DNA of 62,053 nt, filler included, from Stramenopiles sp. TOSAG23-6 (taxonomy: Eukaryota), in NCBI GenBank assembly GCA_900128565.1. It is 20 parts of 20 records of this genome, joined end to end, with 100 filler letters (N's around TTAATTAATTAA, not from the genome) between each part and the next. Parts side by side here need not be neighbours in the genome. Positions count along the whole stretch, not along the records: positions 46,714 to 49,704 come from LT637710.1; positions 49,805 to 52,794 come from LT637711.1; positions 52,895 to 55,881 come from LT637712.1; positions 55,982 to 58,968 come from LT637713.1; positions 59,069 to 62,053 come from LT637714.1; 15 more parts are not named here. One strand, given 5' to 3'. Position 1 is the stretch's first letter. Every line of letters starts with the position of its first letter. Position numbers and translations under genes: made by a program. Positions 46,796 to 59,817 of the stretch are shown here, piece by piece. The notes under the pieces were generated by a model. The model ran no database searches, was not told the origin of the DNA, and worked only from the letters and a program-made list of their open reading frames with translations.

Positions 46796-48102
46796 ATGGA
46801 ATTGATCAATATGAGAAGTTCCTTTTGATGATCTTGACGTGGTACGACTTTTTCAGTTTGTAGATTTTTTATCATAGATACATCTATGCTTAAGTGAGTA
46901 CCAAATGAATTTCGAATTTCTTTTGTTTTAAGTGTTGAACCTTTTCTTCTAACTACCTTATTTTTCAATTTATTCAATTTATTCAATTTGGCATTATTTA
47001 CATGTATATTTGAAATTGTAAACATATCAGGTGTTATATTTGGTATATTGACTGTACTCAATTTGTCATTGATCTCCTTATACGCTGTTGTAACCAGTTT
47101 TGTTCCATCACCTTCGAATTTTGGATCTTGATATAAAATTTTTAATATTTCTGAAAAATATTCCAAACGTTCGAGCTTTGATGTTTTTTGGAAAAATAAT
47201 TTTTTTTTCGTAAAATTTGTTAGGTACAAAATTTTTTTACCAAAAAAAAAAAAAATAAATTCGATTTTTTTGTAAAAAAAAAAATAAAACATACATAGTT
47301 GATGTTCACTTTTTGATGATTTCGGATTCATTCGCATCATTTTTCGAACATTTGCCAAAGCTTGTTGAATTGAAAGTGCTTGATTTGGATTATTTAACTT
47401 GGTAGATTTCATCAATTGTGAACAATGCATCAATTTCAAAACTACATCGACCCATTGCTCTCCTTCATTCTCCATTATTGACAAAGCTGCTGCAAAATTA
47501 TCTTGTGTTTTTGATTGGGATGATACAGCTAAAGTATTAGTCGATAAAACAGATGAAATGTGTGATGTATTTGGTTTTGAAGAAGAGTTTGATTTATGTT
47601 TCTTCATATTTTGCTTCTGTGGTAAGGCATCTTCATCTGTCGAAGAATTCTTCATATCGTGCTCAGTTGATATGTGATTTTGTTTATCCATATTTTTTAG
47701 GGGTGATCGAAGACGTTTTTTGCTGCCACTATCAGCAGTTTTAATGTCAACGTTGATAAGATTTTTCTTTTTTGAAAGTCTTTTTGAAGCGAAAGTGGTC
47801 GCACTAGACTCACTATCGTTGCTACTTGAAACAGAAGTAACTTTGTCATTTTCAACGAGCCATCTGATACAATCTGAAGTGCTTCCCTTCGATAACTGCA
47901 ATGCAGATGTTATATCAGGATCATGCGCAATTATTTTCAATTCTGCTAAAGCATCTTTCACCTTAAAAAAAACATTTTTGGGTATGCTACTGGACTTAAC
48001 TACGCATACATCATTTGGGACTCGACGACTCGATTCATTCTTGGTATCTCTAATGTGTCTTTCACTCTTTCCAAAAAATACATTACCAAGTGCATTCAAC
48101 AT
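46796..48102 (-). CDS. Hypothetical protein, 5' exons (47295-48102, 46796-47180)
   Basis: ORF with in-frame GT-AT family intron 47181-47294; next donor at 46795. Confidence 0.6.
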
Positions 48103-48417
48103 AATAGATGTAATAGAAAATACTCTACTTTATCAATGTAAAAAAATCTATACTACCTAATGAACCTTATCCAGAAATGGGGAGGATTTTATTTAAAAAA
48201 AATTTATGAGATGAGTTCGAAAAACAGGAATCTTCCGAAGAAGATCTCGAATAAAAATAATCATCTCGAATCTCGATCTGATCTTTGAATCTGAAAACAC
48301 GAAATATGGATACAATTGTAAAAACTGTGTACCTTGAGGAGCTGAACGAAGTTTCCGGTCAAAAATCAAAAGCTTAGTTTCGTAATCAATTAAATTTGTT
48401 GGTTTAACATAAAGTCA

Positions 48418-49602
48418 ATGTCATCCGCTTTTATGATGCGTTTAATGATAATGATTGTTATTAATTTGTCAATCTTAGCTAGTCTCTCTCAAGCAGCAAC
48501 AGACGTAATGAAGCAACGACGCGGCGACAGAATTAAATATTTCACGTTAAGAATAAAAAAACTGGAAGAGAAAGTGAAAAAGCAGACGAGAGAGAATTCC
48601 CTTGGTCCAGAGCTACCTGGACTACAATTGAAAATACAAGCTATGAGAGAAAGTCTAGATGATGCAATTGATAATTATGATGCAGCTTCTTCAACTTCAA
48701 GTGAAGAGGAGGATAGTTCAAGTGAAGAGGAGAATGACTCTTCAAGTGAAGAGGAGGATAGTTCAAGTGAAGAGGAGAATGACTCTAAAGATAAAATCGA
48801 TGAACTGCGTATTCGAATAGCCTTGCGAAAAGCAGCCCAAAAACGTAAAAGGAGTGCCGAACAAGCAAGTACACAAGCACGCACTGCTGTACATGCAGCA
48901 AAAACGTCAATTGAGAAAGCAGATTCAGAAATATCTAAATTATTTCACTTTCTTGAAAATGACGCTCAAATCAAAAGAGTAGTAGACAAATTGACGACTT
49001 CAAATCCTTCAAATACAGTTATTATACCAACTGTGGTGGATGAACATCATTTTCCTGGTGATAACCTACCAGTGATTGACTTTTACGATAATGATTCAAA
49101 AAATGGTAGAAAAAAGTGTATGTTGACTGCAGTAGAGGCAAAGCGACACCTCCACTTTCATAAAATTAAAGATGACACACGATTTAATAATCATTCTGAT
49201 TTGGTTGACGCATTGGGGAATAAAGAACCATTCCTCAAAGATCTTGAAACCAAATGTAGTATCCTTCATGAAAGTCAAATAAGAAGTCCGCTCAATTCTA
49301 TACTTGTCGAAAAATATCTCCGTTCAATTTTTTTCATTTTGAAAAATAGTATAGGACAAGACAAACCTATACAGAGTTATGATCCACTCTCTGGAACCTT
49401 TTTTTCTACAGAATCAGGGAAAACTGTGGATATGATTGAAGATGTAATTTTTAAATGTACACGAAAAACAGAAAAAGACAAATTACTTTTTATTTTTGAC
49501 TGGGATAGAACTCTTTCAATGCTGGAAGGTTTAATTCTTTTTGTAGATGAAAGACAAAAAACACCTGAAGAAATTATGCTTTTATATACAGCAAAGTTAC
49601 AT
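48418..49602 (+). CDS. Hypothetical signal-peptide protein, first exon; possible HAD-like motif I at the end
   Basis: Hydrophobic N-terminus, SSEEE repeats, LFIFDWDRTL (hhhDxDxT); family donor CAT|GTATGTTTT at 49603. Confidence 0.6.
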
Positions 49603-49804
49603 GTATGTTTTATTTTTTTTTTTTTTAACCGAAAAAAAAAAAAAAATCGAATTTTTTTTTTTTAGTAAATTTTGTACCTAACAATTTTTTTTAGAATTTT
49701 TTTTNNNNNNNNNNNNNNNNNNNNNNNNNNNNNNNNNNNNNNNNNNNNTTAATTAATTAANNNNNNNNNNNNNNNNNNNNNNNNNNNNNNNNNNNNNNNN
49801 NNNN

Positions 49805-50066
49805 CCGTAGCACGCAGTTTTGCATGTGCATCAGCACCTGGAGGATACCATTGTGGTATATGACGATCAGTATCATCCGAGAAAAAGTTATCCGAACAAG
49901 AGTTATTTCGTTCTTTGTGCTGCATTGCTTGAGCGTCCTCTATAGCCTTAGCTTTTTTGGCTGCCTTTTGCTTCTTCTTCTTAAGCCTCTTCTTCTGACT
50001 CTTGCTTAATTCTTGGTGAGGGACAGCCGGAGGATCCTCATTGGTGAATGAAGGTGAACTCATCAA
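49805..50066 (-). CDS. Hypothetical protein, 5' fragment
   Basis: Lys-rich ORF divergent from NDUFA9, truncated by linker. Confidence 0.45.
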
Positions 50067-50346
50067 TAAAAATGTGTATTATAAAGAATAGTACTAGTTT
50101 GTTCCAAGATAAAAACTGTTGACGCTACTTGACAAAGTTACTGACTGCTTCTGCACCCACGAAATCGGGATCGCAGCTTGTGGTACCGGGTAACAAACGA
50201 CGGTCATGCATGACAATGTCATGCATCGAACGATATTTTCGATTTCTATAATTCTGAATTGCGGTGTGTGTCTTTACTCGAGTTTTCGAGTTTACAAGTT
50301 TAATACATTGTACAATAATATTACCAAGTTAAGATTATTATCAGTT

Positions 50347-51480
50347 ATGAATTCTTGCACTCGTGCTTGTGTTTTACGTCACCGCATTGCACATTATCGA
50401 CCATGCTCTTCTCGCCAGATACGCTTAATGAGCACTTCACCGAATTTTAATTCTAGTCCTACTGCGTTTGGTGATGACCTAAACGAAACACCGTTTGAAG
50501 ACGATACTATGTATAGACCCCAAGGTTATCAAACAACTAGTGGCATCACGGCGTTAGCAGGAAAGGGTACTGAATGCTTGATTCCATATCGTGGAGACGA
50601 CCAGGAGGTAAGACACCTAAAGCTCATGGGAGACTATGGCAAAGTAGTTTTTCACCCATTTCATGCGAAAGACACAAATTCTGTTCGCCAGGCAATGGAA
50701 CGGTCTGATGTGGTCATCAATCTTATCGGAAAACACTATGAAACAAAACATGTTCTTCCATTTATGATCAACAATAGCTTCCATGATACTCACGTGAAAG
50801 CGGCTGGGACCATTGCTAAATGTGCGAAAGAAATGGGAGTCAAACAATTGATTCATGTTAGTGCCCTTGCAAGTAGTGAGAATTCCCCATCTGCGTGGGC
50901 TCGTTCAAAAGCAGAAGGTGAGAAAGCTGTTCGTTCAGAATTCCCGGAGGCTACGATTGTTCGACCTGCGACAATGTTCGGGGATGAAGATCGCTTTCTC
51001 AACGCTTACGCGGTTGCCGCAAGAGCTGCACCTCGTTTTGCTTTACCAAATGGTGGTACTGCAAAAGTTCAACCTGTCTTCTGTCATGATGTTGCAGATG
51101 CCATTGAAAAAATGGTACGTAATCCTAATGTTGTCGGGAAAACTTTTGATTTAGCTGGGCCTGATGTCCTAACAGCTAAAGAGTGTGTGGAATTTGTATT
51201 CCGTACTATTAAACGTCCACCAACAGTTGTTGATCTTCCAAATGCTGTTCTTATGGCAAGTGCATTTGTTGCGGAGCTTTTACCAAACCCTGTTACTACA
51301 AGAGATAAGCTAATTTTGGATATGGAGAATATTACTATTGCAGACTGTGGTGACCGCCAACACTTGGACTGGTCAGATCTCGGTATGGACGTTTCGAAAG
51401 ATGTTACTAAAATGCGCGATGTATCGATTCGTTTCCTACACCAGTATCGCATGGGTGGTCACTTTATTGAAGTTCAATGA
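50347..51480 (+). CDS. NDUFA9: NADH dehydrogenase 39-kDa subunit (complex I, SDR fold)
   Basis: IPYRGDD..RHLKLMGDYG, SDVVINLIG, IHVSAL, SKAEGEKAVR..FPEATIVRPATMFGDEDRFLN, QPVFCHDVA. Confidence 0.92.
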   Translation: MNSCTRACVLRHRIAHYRPCSSRQIRLMSTSPNFNSSPTAFGDDLNETPFEDDTMYRPQGYQTTSGITALAGKGTECLIPYRGDDQEVRHLKLMGDYGKVVFHPFHAKDTNSVRQAMERSDVVINLIGKHYETKHVLPFMINNSFHDTHVKAAGTIAKCAKEMGVKQLIHVSALASSENSPSAWARSKAEGEKAVRSEFPEATIVRPATMFGDEDRFLNAYAVAARAAPRFALPNGGTAKVQPVFCHDVADAIEKMVRNPNVVGKTFDLAGPDVLTAKECVEFVFRTIKRPPTVVDLPNAVLMASAFVAELLPNPVTTRDKLILDMENITIADCGDRQHLDWSDLGMDVSKDVTKMRDVSIRFLHQYRMGGHFIEVQ

Positions 51481-51679
51481 TTGCTGCAAATTTGTGTGAA
51501 ATCCTTTCTAAATAAAATAAATACAAAAGATAAATAAGTTGAATGATCCATTATACGACTACTACAACACTTACTACTATACATGGAAAATGGTTTATAA
51601 TTACTTTACTTTACTGCACTATCAATATTGTGTTTATAATTAAATATTACGCGGTTCATTTCAGCAATAACAGTATCAT

Positions 51680-52336
51680 TTACAATTCCGATGAGCTTTG
51701 CGACGTTTTAGTCAGAATGCGCATAATGTTTTCCTTGTCACTTATATTCATCAACTTCCCAGAAACTCCATAACATCGAAAGCTTTCTAAGGAACCCTTG
51801 CTAGCGTCGATACCCATTTTCTCCAAATATTTTTGGTGCTCTTCATGTGAGGGCCAAAATTTAAATGCTGCTGCTGATAGAACCTGTGTAGCTACAAATT
51901 CACCTCCACCGCGCAGCTTTTCCAGTGTATTTTTACTTTCATTAATTGCATTTCTTTGTTCAACACTATGATACCATAAAGCAGTTCTATAGCTTTCCCC
52001 ACAGTCATATCCTTGACATTTTGAGTTGAAAGGATCGTGAATCTCCCAAAATATATCAAGCAACTCCATATACGATACTATATCTGGGTCAAAGATCACT
52101 TCGACAGTCTCAGCGTGACCTGTACCTTCTGCAGGATATTTAGGGTCAATACTCTTTTCCCCCTTGCCGCCACAAAATCCTACTTGAGTAGAAAGCACTC
52201 CTGGGACTCTCTGGTATACTAATTCAATACCCCAATAACAACCTGCAGCAGCGGTAAGAGTTTCGACTCTCGCAGTAACTAGAGTCAATGCTTTGAAAGT
52301 AATACACAAATATTTAAGCACATTAGATAAAGTCAT
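51680..52336 (-). CDS. msrA: Peptide methionine sulfoxide reductase A with N-terminal signal-like sequence
   Basis: AGCYWGIE, TGHAETVEVIFDP, FWEIHDP, YRTALW, EEHQKYLEK. Confidence 0.9.
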   Translation of the reverse strand: MTLSNVLKYLCITFKALTLVTARVETLTAAAGCYWGIELVYQRVPGVLSTQVGFCGGKGEKSIDPKYPAEGTGHAETVEVIFDPDIVSYMELLDIFWEIHDPFNSKCQGYDCGESYRTALWYHSVEQRNAINESKNTLEKLRGGGEFVATQVLSAAAFKFWPSHEEHQKYLEKMGIDASKGSLESFRCYGVSGKLMNISDKENIMRILTKTSQSSSEL

Positions 52337-52956
52337 ACGCTAATATAATATGAGCTACTGCAAACGTCGACTGGGATTGGAAGTGTAGAAAAAATTGAAA
52401 CTCTCAGTAAATAACAAAAAATTGTTGTTTTTTTTATTTCGAAAAAAAACCCGGCCAAAAAAAATCTTGAAAAAAATATATTTCAAAATTTTAATCAAAG
52501 TTCTCTCCTACTATTTATTTCACGATAATTTTTACGGGCTTTTTACGGTGCTTTTATATATGTTAAATTTCTTCACCATTTCCATAAAAATATTTTCCAT
52601 AGACTTTAGAGGTAGACTCACTACGAATTTTCGTTAAACAAGGTCTTTCCTTTTGAAGAAAGTGTTTCATCCTGAGAATCCATTCTGGGAATTCCTATAG
52701 GTAGTCTTGGTGGAATAGGTCTGTTTTTTCTTTCGTGCCATTCGTCTAAGTCTTGCTCAAATTTGGGTTTGAGTACCATACAATTGTTTTGGGTNNNNNN
52801 NNNNNNNNNNNNNNNNNNNNNNNNNNNNNNNNNNNNNNTTAATTAATTAANNNNNNNNNNNNNNNNNNNNNNNNNNNNNNNNNNNNNNNNNNNNTTGTTA
52901 GGTACAAAATTTCGTACGAAAAATAAATTCGAAATTGAAAAAAAAATAAAACGTAC

Positions 52957-55881
52957 GTGTCTTGATCTTGAGAAACTTGATCACTGTTTCTGCTTGTCCT
53001 GCCATCCACACCAATATGATAAAAAAGTGAATTACATCTTGTCGACTCTTCATTATCACATGTGTCTTTATCTTTTCTCAATTGAATTTCTCCAAGACAA
53101 AAATTTGCAATACCAACTCTGAACGCAAAATTTGCCTCTGTGTACTTTGCACTGAAAGGGAAACCATCTTTATTATTTAATTCACCATGCATGTTTTTTG
53201 GAAAAATATTTCAAAAAAAAAAACCTAAATTTGTTAGGTACAAAATTACGTACGAAAAAACAATTCGATTTTTTTGTAAAAAAAAAAATAAAACATACAT
53301 TCTTCCAACACTGCTAAGTCTTTCACGATCATACAATGAAGCACCATTAGTATATGAACCCCAAACTACACCTTTTTGAATATTTATACACCTATGTCTC
53401 ACTTTCATATTTAACTTTTCATATTTTTTCCAAGGTTTTCGTATAATTTTTTCTGACCATTCTTTGTAATCTTCTCTTAAAATTATCCCAACTAATTGAG
53501 TATCTATTTTTAGTATATTAATTGCACTTTGAATTGGATTTTTTGCAGCAATTGTAGCTCTTTTATCATCAAAGAAATTAGGTTGCATAACCCAATCATT
53601 TTCTAATGTTAAAATGTATGGGGCAGAGCAAAGTATTTTGGAAAAATATTTCAAACAAAAAATCGTTAGGTACAAAATTTCGTATGAAAAATAAATTCGA
53701 AATTGAAAAAAAAAATAAAACATACATGTAAGCCATGTCATAGCATATATTTTCATCACAACCATTGGGGTGGTTGAACTCTTTACAACTTCCCATGATT
53801 CTTTCCACAGAAATATATGGCGCATTACACAAAAATTTTTCCCGAAGATTTTCCCGTAACTCCTTCAAGTTCTCAAATTTATTGATGCGGTTTTTATCAG
53901 GCGTTGCGAGTTTACACAGAATATATGAAGACATGGGTACCTTTGAAATCAAATAAATTAATGCGAAAGTAATACCTAATATCGCACATATCCGATATAG
54001 ACATTTTCTAGCCCCACTCCTCAAAATAGCAAATGGTGACCACAGAGCACAAGTAAAAAATACCATATTAACAAAATTTATGTTTTGTATCGTTATAAAA
54101 ACTATTATCAAACAACACACAAATTCCCCAAATGATGCACTCGCTATCTTTGCATTTATTAAAATTTTCCATTTGTGTTTTTTGGTATTTGGTCGACTCC
54201 CAAAGAAATTCAATAAAACACAAGAAAGAACGAGTATGTATTTTGGAAAAATATTTCAAAAAAAATCTAAATTTTTTTGTTAGGTACAAAATTTCGTACG
54301 AAACAAAAATCGAATTTGAAAAAAAATAAAACATACATCATTATGGGTTTCCAAATGACACGCACAACTTGCAACTTTTTCGACGTTTGGAGATCCCGAT
54401 ATTCATTTATATCTGCATTTCTAATTCCATATGATTTCAAAATATACTCCGACATCAATCGATACAACGGGAAAACTGTCGGAAATGGCCATGAAAAAGC
54501 TAAATACTCCATGGTGATGATCGACACCGAAAATATTACAAAACATATTAAAGAACGTCTCGTTGCAGCAACAGAAGTACATTTTTTAGAAGTTTTGTTG
54601 TTGTATTTAGATAAACCATTCCATGATGAAGGCAATGTAAATTCCAATACAAAATAAATATAACTAAGCATCCAAACAGTACCATAAAAAGACACATTCA
54701 CTTCTACTGCGATCAAAACCAAAATACTTAGAAATAAGAGCCACCGAAGAATGTAGAATGTATCAGAATTTCGATCTCCCTTTAACGGTAGCAGACATTT
54801 TATGAAATATGACATGTTCAATTTCTTCAATTTTAAAAAACAATTCCCTATTATCACAATAAGCAAAGTTGAAATAAAACCGTCTGTATCATTATGTATT
54901 TTGGAAAATATTTCAAAATAAAATCGTTAGGTACAAAATTTCGTACGAAAAATAAATTCGAAATTGAAAAAAAAAATAAAACATACATAGGTCTGACGAT
55001 GACTCCATTCAGTTCCATATATTGATTCGAAATCCGAGCAATACTTGGTTGAGTCGAGAGCATGATCTTTCATATTACACCATGAGGCTAACAACAAACT
55101 TGCAAAAGATGTCAATATAAGTGAAAAATTATAAATTGGCAAAATGGAAGATAATTTCTTTGGAAAAATTAGCAAAATTTGAGCAGCGAATAGACTGATA
55201 AATCCAACTACACTTCCATCTACGAAAGCCTTTAGAAAACTGAGAAGAATTATGGCCCAATAATGTGTATTCATTGATTCGCAAAATACTTCCACAAATA
55301 ATATGAATTTATGCCAACTTGATCTTATTTTGAAATAAATTTTATCATCGCGCTCCTCAATTTTCTTTCCCTCTATATTATCATTGGATTGAATTCCCCC
55401 TTGACCTTTGGCTTCTCTTTCTACTGTTGCTCTTACGTTCGTTGCTTCAAATTCTGTTCCATCCTCACCTCTGCTTCTACGTTCATAAAATAATGAATGG
55501 GAGCCTTGTTTTCCTTCAATTTTATTTTCTCCATTGAATTCATCTTTTTTTATATTACACGATGCGATGTCAATACTATCTTGTTTTCCTTCAATTTTAT
55601 TTTCTCCATTGAATTCCTCTTTTTTTATATTACAGGATTTGATTTCGGGAATTTCAATAATTACTTCTGATAGTAAAGGTTCCCCACATTTACCACGTCT
55701 AAAATCGTGGTATGGACTACGCCGAGTATTAAATTTCAAAAAAAACAAGAAAAGTGTTATAGGAACTTGTAACAGTATAAACAAAAATGCATCATTTGTT
55801 TTACTACGCCAAGTTTCGTTGGCAAAAATAGAAATTAGCGAGGTGAGGATGGAACAGAATTTGAAGCAACGAACGTAAGAG
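52957..55881 (-). CDS. Multi-exon membrane protein with C-terminal glycosyltransferase-like segment (partial, possibly chimeric)
   Basis: GT-AT introns 54894-54986, 54236-54336 and 53191-53298 join in frame. The junction at 53631-53725 is off by one. Motifs PYILTLENDW and WGSYTNGASLY. Confidence 0.55.
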
Positions 55882-56471
55882 NNNNNNNNNNNNNNNNNNN
55901 NNNNNNNNNNNNNNNNNNNNNNNNNTTAATTAATTAANNNNNNNNNNNNNNNNNNNNNNNNNNNNNNNNNNNNNNNNNNNNTCTGTGGCAACATACTAAA
56001 TATTTTTTACAAACTGAACAAATGACAGCGGCCTTGGTTGGAACACATACACTCATAATTCGACCTTTAATGCTCAATACAAAATATTATATAAGTTTTT
56101 CAGATATGTTTTTCAGATTGATTAAGCGAAATATCTAAATATTACTGTCTTAGAATGGTCAGAATGTGTCATGAGGCTGCTTTTTAAATAAGTAGAGTGT
56201 GAATTTAAAGATAAAAGATGTGAAATAAGCCTTACGGGGGTATTGTCTGTGTCCAATTGGCTTTTCTCCGAGGCGGCAGCGTCAGCTGTCAAATGTACAA
56301 AAACACGAAATCTACAAAACATNNNNNNNNNNNNNNNNNNNNNNNNNNNNNNNNNNNNNNNNNNNNNNNNNNNNNNNNNNNNNNNNNNNNNNNNNNNNNN
56401 NNNNNNNNNNNNNNNNNNNNNNTTTGTTTCCAAACGGCATTTGAAATTGATTTGGTAGCAAAGAAAGGAAC

Positions 56472-57053
56472 ATGGTAATTAATTGCCCAAAACCTGGGGA
56501 TCCGGGGATGTTTGGGTCCCGTTCATCAAGGCGAAAAAGGAAGGTGAAGAAGGCACCTATGAAGAAACGAACGTCGCCATCTTCATACAGACAGTACCCT
56601 TCGCGACCATCAAGTAATTTTATGGCAAGTGTTCCTAACCAAAGACCTGCATATCCGAATTATTCGCCACCAAATAAAATGTATGGTACATCACCTCGTA
56701 GTATATACCAAATTCAACAACCTCAATATCAGGCTCCATTACCTTCACCTCCAGTTAGTGATACTCAACCGAAATTTCAATCGTCACCCTCCTCATCACC
56801 CGTAACAACTGTCGGCTACACAGGAGAAGACGTCAATTCTACTACCAACTCAACTGAAACTCAATATTCGTGCACAATAGCAGGGTGTAATTTCAAAGGA
56901 TCATATGATTGTGTTGAAAAACATGAAGCTTCGGCTCATGGATTATTTAGTTGTGAAAATTTGTGTGGTTATACTGGGGATTGGGACACTGTGGTTCTTC
57001 ATGAAAAACACTGTCATTGTTGTACTCAAAAGTCAGATTCTTCTTTTGCTTAA
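56472..57053 (+). CDS. Hypothetical Pro/Ser-rich protein with two C-terminal C2H2/C2HC-like zinc fingers
   Basis: YSCTIAGCNFKG..VEKHEASAH and FSCENLCGYTG..VVLHEKHC. Confidence 0.65.
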   Translation: MVINCPKPGDPGMFGSRSSRRKRKVKKAPMKKRTSPSSYRQYPSRPSSNFMASVPNQRPAYPNYSPPNKMYGTSPRSIYQIQQPQYQAPLPSPPVSDTQPKFQSSPSSSPVTTVGYTGEDVNSTTNSTETQYSCTIAGCNFKGSYDCVEKHEASAHGLFSCENLCGYTGDWDTVVLHEKHCHCCTQKSDSSFA

Positions 57054-57310
57054 AATGTCTTACTTCCATTGATTTGATTGATATGATATTATAGTATATT
57101 TATTGTACATAGTATATTTTTCATTTTGATTTCACTTTTTGGAAGACCTGCCTAACTAATCATCAAAATAATTTCCAATTATGATTGTCACAAACCTGTA
57201 AAAAAAACAAAAGAGAACTTTTTTTTTTTTTCGAAAATTGATAGGATGTACGTAACCGTCATATAATGACAGGCTATTATTTTATTATCAACATCTTTTC
57301 AGTATGGTGA

Positions 57311-57509
57311 CGCGAGACCTCAAAGGAGAAACCACTACCAATGCCCAGTTTGTCAACAACCACAGTGTAAGCAACCGACTGCGTGCCCATGTGGTCATGT
57401 GTTTTGTTGGGATTGTGTGATAAAATGGGTTCATTCTCATCCGGTGTGTCCTTTATGTAGAGAATCGTGTCAACCTCAAGAACTTCTTTGTCTTGTGAAC
57501 CTAAATTAG
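57311..57509 (+). CDS. C3HC4 RING finger (PEX10-like) exon or fragment; not in the ORF track
   Basis: CPVCQQPQCKQPTACPCGHVFCWDCVIKWVHSHPVCPLCRESCQPQELLCLVNLN*; 5' structure unresolved. Confidence 0.7.
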
Positions 57510-57546
57510 TTAAATTATTTATTAAAAAGATCTTTGTGAACTCTTC

Positions 57547-58902
57547 TCAAGATATATTTTTTATTAATAAATCTGAAGCTCCTTGATGTGCCAATCCGTG
57601 ACGTCTATAATACATTTTCGTATATGATGTTGTATCTACAAACTGTCCACTAGTGAAGTCTATATCGTTGATACTGGGACTATGTAGCTTTCCCTCTGGT
57701 ATTCTCTGTTTTGATCGTCCTTCTTTTGATTCTTTTGAATGTTTCTCAAGTGAATGTGTTAAAAGACAAAGTCGTTTTGTACAATCCAATCGAATTTGTG
57801 ACGGATGGAAATTTCCAGGTATGCGATTAGGATTGTTTGGGGTAGATTTTCGTTTTGAAAGATGTTCAAAATTGAAAGGTCTCAAATGCACAACTGTTTT
57901 ATCTTTACACTGAGAAATCCGAGACGTCGACGGGCGTTTCTGTGCCGCGATATTAAAGTCTTTTCTAGATCTAATAGAAACGGAAGCATTAGCACTAAAA
58001 GGTCGTCTTTTCTGATATTTTGTAAATTTCCTATGACCTTGAATTAAATTATTTTGTTCGTACATTGTATCAGTGTTATATTCATTATAATTATAATCTG
58101 TATTTGATTTCAATGAATTAGGCGTCAAGTTTACATTTGATCGATTTTGGTTTGCTTGTTGAGCTATATCATTGTCACTTTTCTTTGTTCTTGACTTTGC
58201 CAGAGACTGCATTAATACAGAGTAGTTGCCTCGATCGTATATTTTTGATTTTGATGATGGATTTATATACTGCCTCTGATTACGTACATATGCTATTCTA
58301 CCACGCGATTTTGGTGGAGATCTTGTACTTCTTTTACGTGATGACTTCTTCATGTGCCTTCTTTTCATACTTTGATTAAGCTTTCTTGTAGTCTTTCGAC
58401 CAATAGGAGATTCATTTCGATAAAGAATAGAGGGATCAGTTAAAAAATACGAAGTCTCTATAGTAGGCTTCTGATTTGGAAATCTGCGCTGCTTCAAACC
58501 TTCGAGATCACCGACATCATGCATTTCTCCTGTGAATGCGCACATCATAGCATCAGTAATACATGAAGAGTTTTCTCTTTTCCTCGCAGGTGCTGTTGCA
58601 GGTCTACAAAAAAGTTTGGTATCTGTATTACTGTTGAGTTTAGATGCCGAACTTTTTATACCTTGAGAGTATTTTTGCGTTACTGGGAGAGAACAGTTTA
58701 TTTTACGTGATTTTGAAAAGTCCGTATAGGATATAATGCATTTATCTTGAATGGCGTTCACTGACTTGTGAAATATTTTCTTTTTTCGTCCCGAGATCTT
58801 TGCCCCTAATGATGTCTGTTTGATTTTTGTACTATTTTTCATTGTTGAAGCCTGCGCAACCCTTTTTTTTTTCATTGATGTTGATTTTTTATTTTTATCC
58901 AT
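57547..58902 (-). CDS. Hypothetical basic low-complexity protein
   Basis: 451-aa ORF, K/R/S-rich with RPATAP, RPFSA and RPSTS motifs. Confidence 0.65.
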   Translation of the reverse strand: MDKNKKSTSMKKKRVAQASTMKNSTKIKQTSLGAKISGRKKKIFHKSVNAIQDKCIISYTDFSKSRKINCSLPVTQKYSQGIKSSASKLNSNTDTKLFCRPATAPARKRENSSCITDAMMCAFTGEMHDVGDLEGLKQRRFPNQKPTIETSYFLTDPSILYRNESPIGRKTTRKLNQSMKRRHMKKSSRKRSTRSPPKSRGRIAYVRNQRQYINPSSKSKIYDRGNYSVLMQSLAKSRTKKSDNDIAQQANQNRSNVNLTPNSLKSNTDYNYNEYNTDTMYEQNNLIQGHRKFTKYQKRRPFSANASVSIRSRKDFNIAAQKRPSTSRISQCKDKTVVHLRPFNFEHLSKRKSTPNNPNRIPGNFHPSQIRLDCTKRLCLLTHSLEKHSKESKEGRSKQRIPEGKLHSPSINDIDFTSGQFVDTTSYTKMYYRRHGLAHQGASDLLIKNIS

Positions 58903-59817
58903 GATATTTTGTGTTGAAATGGTCTCATTTGATGTTATTGTTTCAACTTTTTTCTTTGATAAATTATGNNNNNNNNNNNNNNNNNNNNNNNNNNNNNNNN
59001 NNNNNNNNNNNNTTAATTAATTAANNNNNNNNNNNNNNNNNNNNNNNNNNNNNNNNNNNNNNNNNNNNATGGATTTGTCAAGTATATGATGGGAAATCGG
59101 AAAATCAGGGAAATTAGATTTGCATTATCTGAGATGTAAAGATATCTGAAGATAATGAAATTATTTTATTGATACAAAGTGTAACAGTCATTCAGCCTAA
59201 ATTTTGCAGTTACTGGATGGGCTCAGTGACGGTTTCACTATCTAGGAAGAAGTGGGTACCGGGTAAACCATTTATTTTTATGGTAATATTTTGGAAAGTC
59301 TTTTGTAATCAATAATAGTTTGGGAATTGTACTGGAAATGGAGACGTTGGCACAATTGAAGACAATTGTTTAACGTGGAGGAGAGCTAGATTGAGTAACA
59401 CGAAATCTGGACTTATGAACGAATGTTCGTGATGATTGATCGGCCGGTCATATTAAATGAATGGCAGATTGTTCACTCTCTTCGATACCGTTTGTGGTTA
59501 TATAGTTAAGATAAGAGTAATAAGGTTATAAGTGTTTGGTTGTTGGCTTAGGGGTATTTAGAATATAATTCTAAATACATTATACAATCAAATAAAGTAG
59601 AATAGTTAATTGGTAAACTGTTTGATTCAGGGTTAAAGTTATATTGATCAAATAGTTATATTACAAACATATCGTTGTGCACGAAATCCGTCACTGCAAA
59701 TCAAGCTTAGGCAAGCGCAAAAACAACAAGAGAACTGAAAAGGTTCGTGATCGGCTGCACGTCTCAATCTTGTGCGGGATTTTGTGAGTTGGACTGTACT
59801 CCTCGAAAGAGACTACA

